Of a stretch of DNA of 64,000 bases, positions 25,845 through 38,755 are shown in pieces. The position numbers and the translations under genes were made by a program. Position 1 is the stretch's first letter. Every line of letters begins with the position of its first letter. The stretch comes from Utricularia gibba (Eukaryota > Plantae > Magnoliophyta), in NCBI GenBank assembly GCA_002189035.1, contig NEEC01000014.1, forward strand, positions 868,001-932,000, read 5' to 3'. The notes under the pieces were generated by a model. That model had not been told where the DNA came from and did no database searches. It saw only the letters and a program-made list of their open reading frames with translations.

Positions 25845-28800
25845 CTAATGCAGCACAATATCCTGGAACTTCTGCAACTTGTCTACATTACCATTGGATG
25901 GCAGGGGAGATGTACTGGGGCTGGTAGATGAGCCGCTTGGGGGCCATTCTCTTGTTGGTGATTCTGGGAGTAGGGTGAAGTGGAGACAGCTGAGCTTAGC
26001 CTGCCCAAGAAGTATGTAGAGTGCGGAAAATATTCGGCACATCGAGTCTTCCATCCTGGGAAAAAACAAGAGATGACACCGTGAATTGAGAAAAGTTTGA
26101 TCTATAGGGATGTTATCAATGCCATAATAACTAGTCCTAAGCTCATGGCAGGACTTAATGTGGAGCAGTTAAGAAAAAGCGAAGTCCTACTTGCGGCAGC
26201 TTCATGGTCAGCCAAAACGGTCTCTAGAAGCTGATGAACGGATATGCAGTCCTTGAGACTCCATTTTTTAGTGGGTCTGACTTCATCGGATCTGAAGCGG
26301 AAAGATCATCAAGAGAAGGCGGAAGACAATTTAATAGCCACAGGAAGCGTCTAAAGAAGCATACGCTGTAACCAGGTCATTAAGTGATTCTTCTATCAGG
26401 TTGAGTGCTTCTTTTTTATTGTTCGGCTCAATAACGAACATCATTTCAGCTGCAGAAGCCCTATGCCTCAACGAGTCTGTTGATTAACGAAACAAAACTA
26501 TGAAATCATGACAAACAAAAAATATGGAAAACCAAAAGTTTTTGGAGTAATTACCTTGATGCTTCTTAAGAAAAAGAGTGTTGACGTCTGCAAGAGATCT
26601 CCCATTAAATTGACTGAAAAGAAAATTGGAGATTAGAGTGCTACACAACTTGGGTGCTATCAGATCACTGGAGAATAAGTGAATATGATGTTAAACAAAA
26701 AAGCTTTCTAGATGAAAGAGTTGGCAGCGAAACACTGTCGTGAAGGAAAAGAAATTGTCTGAAGTGCGATGAGCTAGGGGATAGAAAGATACCTGAATGC
26801 AGGTCTCTCAGCCTCTAACACAGCCCAGATGAGTTTTTCGGCATCAGTTGAAGGTATGCCAAAGGATCCCACTTTATGGAAAAACCTTATCTACATGAAG
26901 TGAAATAAAAGTGAATATATTCGTATGTGAAAACCAGTGTAGAATAAGATGCAGTTCTACTTGTGACGAACTTTTTTCTAGAAACATGAGATATAAAACC
27001 AATTATACCAGGCATCGATGAGTATCTGGGCTATCTGCATCTAGTCGAACCATATTTTTGATAGCCTGCAGAAAATTTGAAACAGAATCTTACAATGGTT
27101 TATGTATTCACCAACAATAAAAAAAAACAAAAAAAACTTATCGAGAAAGCATTATTCAGCCACAAGCTCCATTAACAAACTCTTAGTTCACATATAACTT
27201 GCAACAAGATCCATTAGCATAAGTTTTTACACTATTTAAATAATTTTAGTAGATGCTGATGGAAGGGCCTAGCCCCATGTAAGAAATTCATCAAAAGAAA
27301 AATCAATGTGAAATAAACCTGCAAAGTTAATAGGATTTTCTGCTTCCTCATATTGACTTCAAACGATAGCAAATGGGTCTCTAAAGATTCAGCGGAGTGC
27401 TTCTGGAGTAGCTTCAGGTACTTTGTAGCTTCTCCAAGAGGATCTTCAACCTTTTGTAGTAAGCAATAACCACAACAATACAGAGTAAGCAAGATGACTG
27501 ATCCTATGAAAAGCATTACATACAAAATAATATCCAGAATACAACCAAAGATCAAAGAAAATTTTCCTAGTTACCTGCACCAACTTCTCTCCATGGGGAT
27601 CAGGATCAATTGGCTTCAAATGGCGCTTCCCAGATTTTGAAGATGCTGCATCATTTGAATCTCCTTTGACCACTTCCTACACATGTATGATACTTCTATG
27701 TAAGACTACGAGAAATCATTTTTAAAACCTTGTTGGAAAAAAAAAACTAACCTTCTTAGCACGTGCTTCAGCTTTCCTTTGTTTTTGCCTCAACTTCTTC
27801 CTCTGAGAAGGAGGCAGTTTTGATATTTCTTCTTCTTCTTCAACAGACGACTTGGATGGAGAATCATAGAGCTTCAGGTAGCATCTGGAAAACAGATAAG
27901 TAAACAAACCCAAAGAATCAGTCATCAGCATTAATCATGTTTAGCCAACTTGAGGAAGGATCGCACTGCACAATCTGCACCAAATAGTCTCATGTATAAA
28001 GTAAACAATCCTACGGTAAAAATTATGAGAATATCCTCAATAAAATAAAAAATAAGAAACCATGCCTTATGCAACCAGCAGCCGCTTTTTGGAAATAAGA
28101 AAATGAGTGAAGGCGATCCTGAAATTTCAGCATTTCGACATAGGTGCGCAGGGTCATTTTTCTTAAGCAGTAGGAGTGGAAGTCAAATTGATCTTCAGTA
28201 ATGTCTGCAAAATGCTTTTCAACAGCCAAAAACTTCTTCAAAGCCTGCCCAAGATCCCCCAGGCGAAGATAACCTTCACCAGAAGCCAACTCATACCTTG
28301 AATCCAAAACAGTGAAAGTTTGACATAAAGATAGAGCCTAAATTCATCGAGATATAAACGAAACACAGGGAAACCAAAAAAAAGTAATATCATATACCAC
28401 ATGCACTGCATATCGTGAAGATTATTGTGCTGTTCCCCATCTTTCGTGAATAACAGAGCTGTCTTTTCCGCTAAGTCAACCTTCATGAAAACAATGAATA
28501 TTGATATGAAGTTAAAATCCTTGTAGGAATCCACGTGAAAGATCAATCATAAACGCTTGTGCAAAGAAGAAACAAGCGCCATCATACCTGATTTGCTTGC
28601 AGCATGCGCTTGACACACTTACTGTTCACATAGCGATCTGCAAGATCCATCTTCCTGGCTTCATCAGCCAACGCAGCAGCAGCAACGGGATCACCAGCGT
28701 GTTTCAGTATCCTGCTCTGCAATGTGTCAGAAGTATGTTAACACATATAAGTCAATGTGCCTTATCAGTTGGGTAAATGAGAAGCAACAGGAAGGTCACA

Positions 28801-31800
28801 TCCTCAAGCCCAGCAAACACTAAAAAACATCTGTCGCTCTCAGGTTCACTAAATTAGCCAATGAGAAGGTCAGAAGACTCGGAAACAAAAATCAATTGTT
28901 CACAGAATAGAACATCTAAAGTACCTTTACTGAGTACAAATCTATGACAGTTGGGGTGTGCTCAATGGCTTCATCAATTTTCCCCAGAGCAACATCATAC
29001 CGACCACATCTGTCATAATGCTGCGGAGGCACAAAAACCTCAGTATCTAAGAGATAGAACTACTCACACAAAGGACATCAGAAGCCACAAATAAAATAAG
29101 GAAAAAAGACCTGCGCCAGGAAGAACAGAGTCCACATAAGCGTTGGGGGTGACTCTCTGCCGATCCTGTTTGGCAGCCAAATAACGTCGTTATATCACAT
29201 TGAATCAAAATATGTGAAGAAAAAATGCAACCATAGATGGAAATAGGTGGATTCAACCAAACCCAACCTTAATCCAAAAATTTGGCATTTAAGATCCCAC
29301 ATAATTTCCATAAATAATCATGTAGATGCACCAGTAAATGTAAAAAATGACAGAGGTTCCTAAAACCAAGTATCTGAATACACCTTAATAAACGAAAAAT
29401 TTCAGTGAAACAATATCTTCAACAATCATAAGACTACTGAAAAGTGTGCATTCATTGAAAGCTGTTTTGCAGGTGCCATGCACTAGAGAGAATAAATCAA
29501 ACAGTCAATGCACAGGAAATTCTCAAAAGAAATATCATACCCTCCAGGAAAACCACCAGTTCTTTTAAGAGAGCTCTCCAGGTCAAGAACCAACTGCTCA
29601 AGAATATCTCCCTACAGAAGAATTGAACAAAACATCTTTAACGTAAGTTATGAAATGAAATCTGATTTAAATCACTGACACAGTTATGGTCTATCAAAGA
29701 ATCCACCAACCTTTCCATCATGATCGTATAGAGGAGAAAGATCTGAAAAAAGCGAAGGAACACCCTATAAAAAAAGTCATAAGCCATACAGCATGATTTT
29801 GGTCGATCAATCTTCAATAAGACAGTCGTAAAGAGAACCTTGGCCAGAAAAGGTCGAATATAAACATCAGCAGCCATGCGGAATTTTTCACCACATAAAA
29901 AATCAAGTGGTATCCTCTGTTAAAACAATCAAATTATGAGTAAAGAGTTCAAAAAGCAGATCATGCTAACAAGAAAAAGCAACGATAGCAAAGCGAAGAA
30001 ACATTCACTACCTTGACTGCAGATGACCTATTGTACTGCTGCCTTAGTGATGCATACAGGGCCTCCAATTTATCCAGCTGATCAGGGAATACTGATTGTT
30101 GGAATTGTATAGGCCCTTGCACCTTTGGAGACCTTCATAGTACCTAATACCCACCAAAAACTCATGAGAAATTTTTTATGTAGATCAGTGCGAATGACAG
30201 TGTTTCCATAACTGAATGGAATACTGTGTCACACCTATAATTGTCTGGATTCATGTATAGCAGTTTCTTGTATAATTCTTCTCCTTCATCAAAGTGCCCG
30301 AGCTTTTCCAACAGAGAAACTTCCTGCTCTTTGTAAGATAGCTTATCCACCTGCAGAAGATAAAGCACGAGTTGATGCATCAAAGTTACTGTGTTTATGT
30401 TAGTGCAGAAAACGCCAAAAAAGTACTCACAATTTTTGATTCTTTCCTCCGTAACTCCTGAAGAGCCCTCTCTATCAAACCACACCCTTCTAGTAATGAA
30501 ACCTGAATATAAATACTGACTCACAAGATGAATGGAATAGTATATGGAAAGACCGTTCAAAAATATAAAATACTTTCTTGGGGAAAAAAAAGCAAAATTT
30601 AGAAACATTTCTTGCCAAAAAGAAATCTCAAGGTTGAATTTAAGACGAGTATCCTTGCTAAAGTGAGCCTTACTGGAAACTTCAGTGATATAACAAAAAG
30701 AACCATATTTTATGTAAGGATTACATCATGCAAAGGAAATAAAAAACGGAATGGCAAGTATATTCAATAAAAATAGCAGCAGAACTTGTTGGAATCAGGT
30801 GATTCAAGGCCTATCATCAATAGCATCTGCTGAGACAAATACCTTGTATAAAAGCATCTCTCCATGCTCGCAAGATTCATTCTCCGGAGGGTAATCATCC
30901 TCAAGTGTACCCTCATACGCCTCAAGGATGTCAACTGCCTTTGATACACTGCCATGTAAAAAAAAAAAAGCAAATGTGACATACGGAATGCATATTCCCA
31001 AGAGATCAGCCTCAGATACCATTTCGATGTCCATGCAGCTGGAATACAAGAATTCAGAAAGATGGACATAGACACAAATGTCAGCTACGTTCAGAATGGG
31101 GCATCTTTCAGAAAAATTTATAGTCTAGTCTTAAGCATCTTATTGTACCCCAAAAAGAACTGCAAGGCCCATATACAAGCAATATATATGGGCAGTTCGA
31201 CTTAGTATCTCAAATAACCCGTTAGAATATTTATTTTAAAAAATCAGCAACCTACAGACAATACAAAAGGATACATACAAAAGAGTACATGGAACTAAAT
31301 TTCGTACTTTGAATTCAAGTGCTGAGCAACAGCAAATCCAATCCAATTCATGCGATGATTTGGTTTTAGGGTAAGCAATTGCTGTCTTGTCTCAACAAAA
31401 TCCTCCAAGTCACGCATTTGTGCCTGTAAAATTTCATGGGAACAACATATCAGCTGCACACTGCACAAGAAAAAGCTTGCACATAATAGTATTAAATAAT
31501 AAAAAGCGGTATTTTGGAAACACTGGTAACATGCTTTCTAAATACCAGGAAATTTTGAAAAGTATGATAGTTATGACATACTTTTATTCATCATTTGGTG
31601 AAAAAAACATCATATTTATCGAGAAAAGTACACAACATTTACAGTTTTGGTGAATAATAATGATCTTGCACAGTAGAAGGAAATTTCATGTAGCTAATTA
31701 GGAATAACATTGAAGCAGGCTATGGTAATGTAAAACAAATCCATGGGGTCTAAACAGAAAAACTAACACAGAGGAGACACTTCACGTTCTCTATCCTCTG

Positions 31801-32818
31801 GAATAAGAAAGGAAAAGTGTCTCATAATGGGCATGTAAACTATCGCGTACCTGTAAAAGAGACAGGTCGCGCAAAATTTCAATATTATCAGGATCAATTC
31901 TCAGAGCGTTCCTGTAGCATTTAATCGCCTCCCTGTATTCTCTGTCTGAACGATATAGAAGACCATAAACATGCCAGCAGACATGGCTCTTAAGATCATT
32001 CTGCGGAAAAGATACATTCCAAAACAAGAATGGTCACCGAGTAAACTCACTTACAAGTTATTGCACAGCAAAAAATGTGAACTAACCTTTAATCCCTGTT
32101 TAACAAGCTCATATGCTTCTGACTTGCGGTTCATGCAATTCAAAATCAACCCCTTCATTGACAGAGTTTCTGAAGAACAACAAACAGGCACCCTTCAGCC
32201 ATGCTCACCGAAAAATCGAAACAGAAGAACAGGATACCAAATGATGAGAGTGACATTTTTATAGAAACAACACTGAATAGGGTTCGTGTTCTCCACCTCG
32301 TCCATAACGGAGGAAGTACAAATAACTGGCAAACCATGTTCTTGATAAGATAATTGTATAAAAACTTCCCTACTGAATCAAGATATTCTACAAGTGTAAT
32401 ATTTCTGCATTTATGGACGGAATTCAAATGCTGCTATGAACAATACGTTCTCGTTTCCCAAGTTCCTATAAAGAATTAAGTAGTAGCAACATCAAATCGC
32501 GCGCATACCTCCATGATCAGGGAATTTCTTCAAAATTGAATCAGCAGCCTTTAAGCCCTTTTTGTACTGCTTCGTCTCATACGATTTCTGCAGGTAAAGT
32601 TGTTTCTTGGATAAAAAGCCCCGCCTCGGAAGATTGACGATAAAAATAACGACCAACAATACACAGCAAAAAACAACAGATAATTGCGACCCACCCTCAA
32701 AATCCAACCAACCACAGCAAAATAGCAAGAGTTTGAAAACGGGATTTCCAGCAAAAAAACTTACAACGATGAGCTTGAAGAGGTTGGACTCTTTGGGAGG
32801 AAGTGACGCGCCGCCCAT
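25845..32818 (-). CDS. NAA15: NatA N-terminal acetyltransferase auxiliary subunit (NAA15/NAA16), TPR protein, many exons
   Basis: ATG at 32818 [44 protein letters not shown]; [33 protein letters not shown]; [12 protein letters not shown]; [22 protein letters not shown]; [15 protein letters not shown]; [11 protein letters not shown]. 3' end ambiguous (25883 or 25845) because of a probable 1-bp indel. Confidence 0.95.
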
Positions 32819-33219
32819 TGCAAGGAGTGGCGAGTAGCGGCGCAATCCCGGAGGAGTGTTTCCAAGAGGCTAGACAAAGAGAGAGAGCGAGAGCAGATTT
32901 GGTTGTAGGCAGCGGTGACGTTGGCTTTTATCTGCAGCAACCCTACGGCAATGCAGCTCTCTCTGAAACAGGGGCAACTTCACAAAACAATCCTCACTCT
33001 ACCGTCAAAATTTTTTTTTAAATAAAAAAAAATCTCCTACAAGCAATATTAATTCATTTAAATAAATTTCATTTATTTATACAATCTAATTTCCATATCA
33101 TTATTTTAAATATTTTTATTTTTATTTTCCAACAAAAAAAATTTAAAAAAATACATTATGCAGTACTCAATCCCACTCATTCAATTACATTTCATAATTG
33201 ATTCCAAAGCTATGATAGT

Positions 33220-33365
33220 CCGGGCCCACATTTAATATTTTAGTAACTACGCATCATGGGCCATTGAGCCATGTGGAAGAATTGGGCACATGGGCCTCTT
33301 TACGGGTTTAACCCAGAAAAAGAATGGGCCTGTTTAGGGCCACATTGGACTGGAATTGGGCTCGA
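33220..33365. promoter_or_regulatory. Site II (TGGGCY/GGCCCA) cluster upstream of NAA15
   Basis: Repeated gggccca, tgggcc, gggccac and tgggct motifs about 400-550 bp upstream of the NAA15 ATG; a common TCP-bound housekeeping promoter pattern. Confidence 0.5.
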
Positions 33366-33922
33366 GACCAGTTCGTCAATCGAAATGGTGTGTTTCATCT
33401 CCAATAAATTACACGATTAGAATTTGATATTGAGAACCAATTTTGTTATGATAGAAAATAATGAAATTAATTTTTTAGTGTCTAATTATAATATTTGGAT
33501 AAATATATAAATAATCAAACAGAATTTATTCCATTATAACTGAGTCCCATTCCTAAGTTGTGTACTCCACGAACAACTTTGTGCAGGAAGATTCTTATCC
33601 TGTCTCATTTACAAATCTGATCACCCCACCCCAACAGTGATGTTCCTTTGTTCTTGCGGTAGTGGGCAGCCGAAAGAGGCAACCCGTGAGAGAAAACTAC
33701 AAACGGGTATGATAAAATATCAATTATTGCAATCTTGTGTTTCCGGCACACAGCCTCTGGTTTTGGTCAGATGGGTCTATAAAGGTTAGTGCTTTCGCGT
33801 CGAGACCATTCTGTAAGAGCACTCACATTACTGGGTGGCAAGCTTTCGCCTGTTTTTGTGCTTTGGCATTGAGACCATGAAGGCTTGTCTGAATCTTTGC
33901 TGAGAAAAAAGAGAAGGTGAAT

Positions 33923-34371
33923 ATGAGAAAGATGAGAGCACTTTTGGTTGCAATATCGCTTGTTGGTATCATTCTTTCAGAGGAATCCTCAGCGACCTCA
34001 TTCAGAGACTGCTATACAAACTGTTTCATCTTCTGCATCATCAAGCCTTCGCAGAACCTCTGTACCTGTTCCACCAGTTGCCTCAAAGAATGCATCTTCC
34101 CAGATGTGCCGATCGTTGATGAACTCAATGATACCTACAACCTGGGATTCTGTAAACTTGGATGTGCCTTAGCAAGGTGCTCTGGTTTTAGCTCCTTGGA
34201 GAAGCCAAGTAAGCATCAACTGGCTCTTACAGATACAGTATCTTCATGCTGCAGCACATGTTTCAATAGTTTTGCCGCTGGTTTTTCTTGCGTTTTGTAG
34301 ACGGAGAGGCTGTCGATGCCTGCGTGGAAATGTGCTCGGATAACTGCGACAAGAGCTTCTATTCGCCTTGA
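33923..34371 (+). CDS. Thionin-like secreted cysteine-rich protein, 2 exons
   Basis: Signal peptide MRKMRALLVAISLVGIILSEESSA, then SFRDCYTNCFIFC..CSTSCLKEC..FCKLGCALARCS; intron 34209-34300; exon 2 GEAVDACVEMCSDNC, stop at 34371. Confidence 0.85.
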
Positions 34372-35174
34372 AGAATCATTGAGCAGCAGATGATGTTGAT
34401 CACTTCACTGCGTTTGAGCTATGTACTTCTCTGTGAAGTGTGAACTTCCGTTTCATCCAACTACGAAGCATAATACGCCAATTACCCTGCGCCTTAGCAG
34501 TGATAAAGCAGGAGTTGGTGAAATCCCCAGGGAGAATCAAAATGCTCTGAAGGAGCTTGCAGTTAAGCACAGGTTATACTCTACAAATGCACACAGTTTC
34601 CAACAACAGACTTCTTCCATTTCTCATGAATCTTCTCCAAGGCAGTAGAGAATCAAAATCAGAATCCCTCGTCTTCATCTGGCCTATACCAATCTCTCTT
34701 CAACAAATCCCTCAATTTCTCATCGCCAAATTCAAAAATTCCAGCATATTCAGAATTCTACGAACGCACTCCCATCTCACCTCGTCTGTCCCCTTCTCAC
34801 AGACATTCCGCGATCGGAGCGCCGATAAGAGAATGCGTACAGAAAGTGTGCCGGCGGTTGAAACCGCCAATGTTGATCGGTAAAGCTCAACCAATAAACT
34901 CTAGTAGCAAGACGCCCTTTCTGGGCCTGATGATACTGGGCCATCAAGACAAAACAATTGGGCCTTGTCCGAAATTAAATATAAAATATTACAACTAAAT
35001 AATCGGTCCCCATATTAAAAAAAAATATCACTGTTCCACACGTCATCACTAGTCTGAGGGCATAGTAGAGAAATAAATGTAGGTCTAGATAACGCATGCC
35101 ATCCAAACAGGAGTCAGATGAAGAGCTGATATGCACATGGGAAAAGGAATCATAAATGCTCAACAGCAACATGC

Positions 35175-35762
35175 CTACAGCTTAAGAGGACCAAGACTTC
35201 TCATTGAACCATGAAGGCTATTATTTTTACCTGGTTTCCTCATTGAACTGCCAAGACTCCTTGATGGATAATTCTGATAAAATTCTAGATACATATCCAT
35301 AAAGAACTTGTCAACAATTTGTTGATATGCAGGGCAAGTAAGCTTGGAGTAGTAGCCCAAAGCCTCCTCAATGTCCAACACATGATCCATGTCATTCACA
35401 TCCATCATATCCAACTCCTTCATCTTCCTTGCCAAACCATCGGCACCCCGGTTGCGCTGCTTTGCCTCAAGCTCATCGTTGAATTTGGAACAACTTCTTG
35501 AGCTACTAATGTGATCTTGTTTCATGTCTACTGGTTCAGCATCACATTTTTCGGAGAAACTTGTGTTGAAGCCATCCATCTTCTGAGTCGTGTTTCTGCC
35601 AACTTGATGTGGGAGAGGAGACTTGGGAAGTTTGCTGCAACCAATGACAGCTAACGATGTAAGACTTCTAACAGCTCTGTTGAACATGCTCTTCGTCTTT
35701 GAGATTGTTTCTTTGATTCCCTTATCTGATCTCGCACTTTTTTTGTTGCTCTTGCTACTCAT
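35175..35762 (-). CDS. Plant-specific protein with OVATE-like C-terminal domain (intronless, 195 aa)
   Basis: Clean single ORF; motif LARKMKELDMMDVNDMDHVLDIEEALGYYSKLTCPAYQQIVDKFFMDMY resembles OVATE-related proteins. The gene is well supported; the family call is from recall only. Confidence 0.7.
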   Translation of the reverse strand: MSSKSNKKSARSDKGIKETISKTKSMFNRAVRSLTSLAVIGCSKLPKSPLPHQVGRNTTQKMDGFNTSFSEKCDAEPVDMKQDHISSSRSCSKFNDELEAKQRNRGADGLARKMKELDMMDVNDMDHVLDIEEALGYYSKLTCPAYQQIVDKFFMDMYLEFYQNYPSRSLGSSMRKPGKNNSLHGSMRSLGPLKL

Positions 35763-37099
35763 CTTCTTCTCTCTCTGCAGCTGTTTGAAGCCACAACCAC
35801 CAACAAAAAACCTCAGTTCACGGTACGTTCAATGCCGAGGAAGAATTCTTGTTCTTGGGTACCCTGAAACAACAACAGAATGAAATTGGGGAGTTGCGGT
35901 TTCTCTACTCATATAGAAATGAAGATGGTCCTTTATTTAATATTCACCACCAACTCAAGTATTAAGTAGACTGGAACTGTAAATTGGGAGGGATATAAAT
36001 GCAAAGTAGTATGAAAAAAAAAAAACTGTACTGTTTCCTTTCATCAAGGAAAAGCTTAAAATATTATTGAGTCAACTGATAAAAGCACTTCAAAAAAAGA
36101 TGGCTATACAGATGGTACACTTAACCCTTTCGACAGGGGATTCATCGTTATATTTCCCTTGCTTTATCCAAGGTCTCACATTTCACACACAACCTATCGA
36201 CTACCTTAAGGATTAGATTTAGAATCTTACCAGTTAAATTGAGCGGGTTCAAGGTGGAGGGTCGGGAGCACACCAGCGGTGTCACTCTCGGTCAGAGTGG
36301 GCTACATAATGAGGAAGACACAGGATGGTGCGCAGAATCAACCCCGTGTACTTGCATAACTATATGAACGATAAAATATCACATTAAATAAGAGTATGTA
36401 GCGTAGGGAAGAGGGATCTTTGGACCCCCACAAAGTTAGGCACCTCAGCCTCATGTTGGTTGAAAGGTGAGAGATATGGGACCAGACCCTATCCCAAATC
36501 TGCTCTGTCCAGTCACCTTCATACAGTTAAACCCGCCAACCCTATCCTAGCTACACATACAAGGTGTTTATTGTTTTTTTTCATTAAAATTTCGATTTTT
36601 TTAAGGAGCCTTATACAAAGATTCCATTGGTTAAAGTGTAGAAACCGATAGCAAACTAATGCTTGAGAAAGTGTAAAGTGGAGCTCCTTACAAGCCTCTT
36701 AATAGAGCATTTAGTACCAATTGAATCTGTTGATCCAACAACCTTACATTTTACCGAGTCAATATTGGTGCACCAGACACAACACGTAACGCCTTCCCTG
36801 TCCCTGCAACAAAAAGCCCAAAAGCTCGTCATTTAACAAAAGAAAGCGCTACGCATTACCTAAAAAACACAAATTTTCAAGAACAAGCAAGCGCCAACCG
36901 TTTGACATTCGCGCATTGAAATTCCCTCTCTTTCTGCTGATCGATGGAGAAATTTCACGAAATCTATTTGGATGGAGCAGGAGAAACGCAAGGAAATTCG
37001 CTTCGTCGTTCTCCATTGACTCCACTTCAACCTCCTCAGTTCTCCCGCGAGGAAGTCTGTTTGTACTTGTGTTAGTAAAGGATCGTGAGCCCAATTTCA

Positions 37100-37211
37100 T
37101 GGGAGGCCCAATAAGGATCTTGTCTGTAGTTGTTTTTATACTAAAAATAAGCCCTGCAGTGTTTCTCGGCCCAATTTAACGGGCCCATTCGTTATCGATA
37201 CGAAACCCTAA
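37100..37211 (+). promoter_or_regulatory. Site II motifs plus telo-box in the RPL37 promoter
   Basis: GGCCCA three times (about 37105, 37168, 37182) followed by AAACCCTAA at 37203-37211, the classic plant ribosomal-protein promoter module. Confidence 0.75.
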
Positions 37212-37286
37212 CTTCTGATATTCATTCTTCCACTCGTATTTAGGTGCAGACGCAGCCGCGTAGACTCTCCGAGCTAACTTTCCAGG

Positions 37287-38285
<999 letters not shown>

Positions 38286-38755
38286 ACCCCTGCTGCGAAT
38301 GGCTATTTTCCAAATCCCAGACTGCTTTCAGAATTTTTTTGTTCTGCGTTATGATCCATGACAGTGGCATTACCGAGACCTTTTGCTATCCATTTTGGTT
38401 CACAACGACTGTTTTTTGTTCTGTTCCCCAGCGCAATCACTAGAATCAGTTGTTTTTCACTGCATGCCTGTTGCAAAACGTAGCCATAAAACCCTGTTAG
38501 CTCGCCGTGTCACTCAAAATTCCTGTTATCGCTAACAGAACAAGCTCTAGTGACTGGGGTAATTGGGTAGAGTTAATCCGTGCTGTGTGCGAGAAGTCTC
38601 TAGAGGAAATCTGTCTTCAAGGGTCTGGTTTACAGTGTTTCATCGAAAGTGTGGGTATTTGTTGATGACTAAATTTGCATTCATGGGGATTTGATAAGTG
38701 AGTGATCGACGGCGATAAACCTCGGCGGCGAAGCGTAACCCTAAAACCCTGAAGA

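Noticed and set aside
38737-38750. AACCCTAAAACCCT telomere-like sequence
   Set aside because: Only about two units; a telo-box-type promoter element, not an interstitial telomere array.
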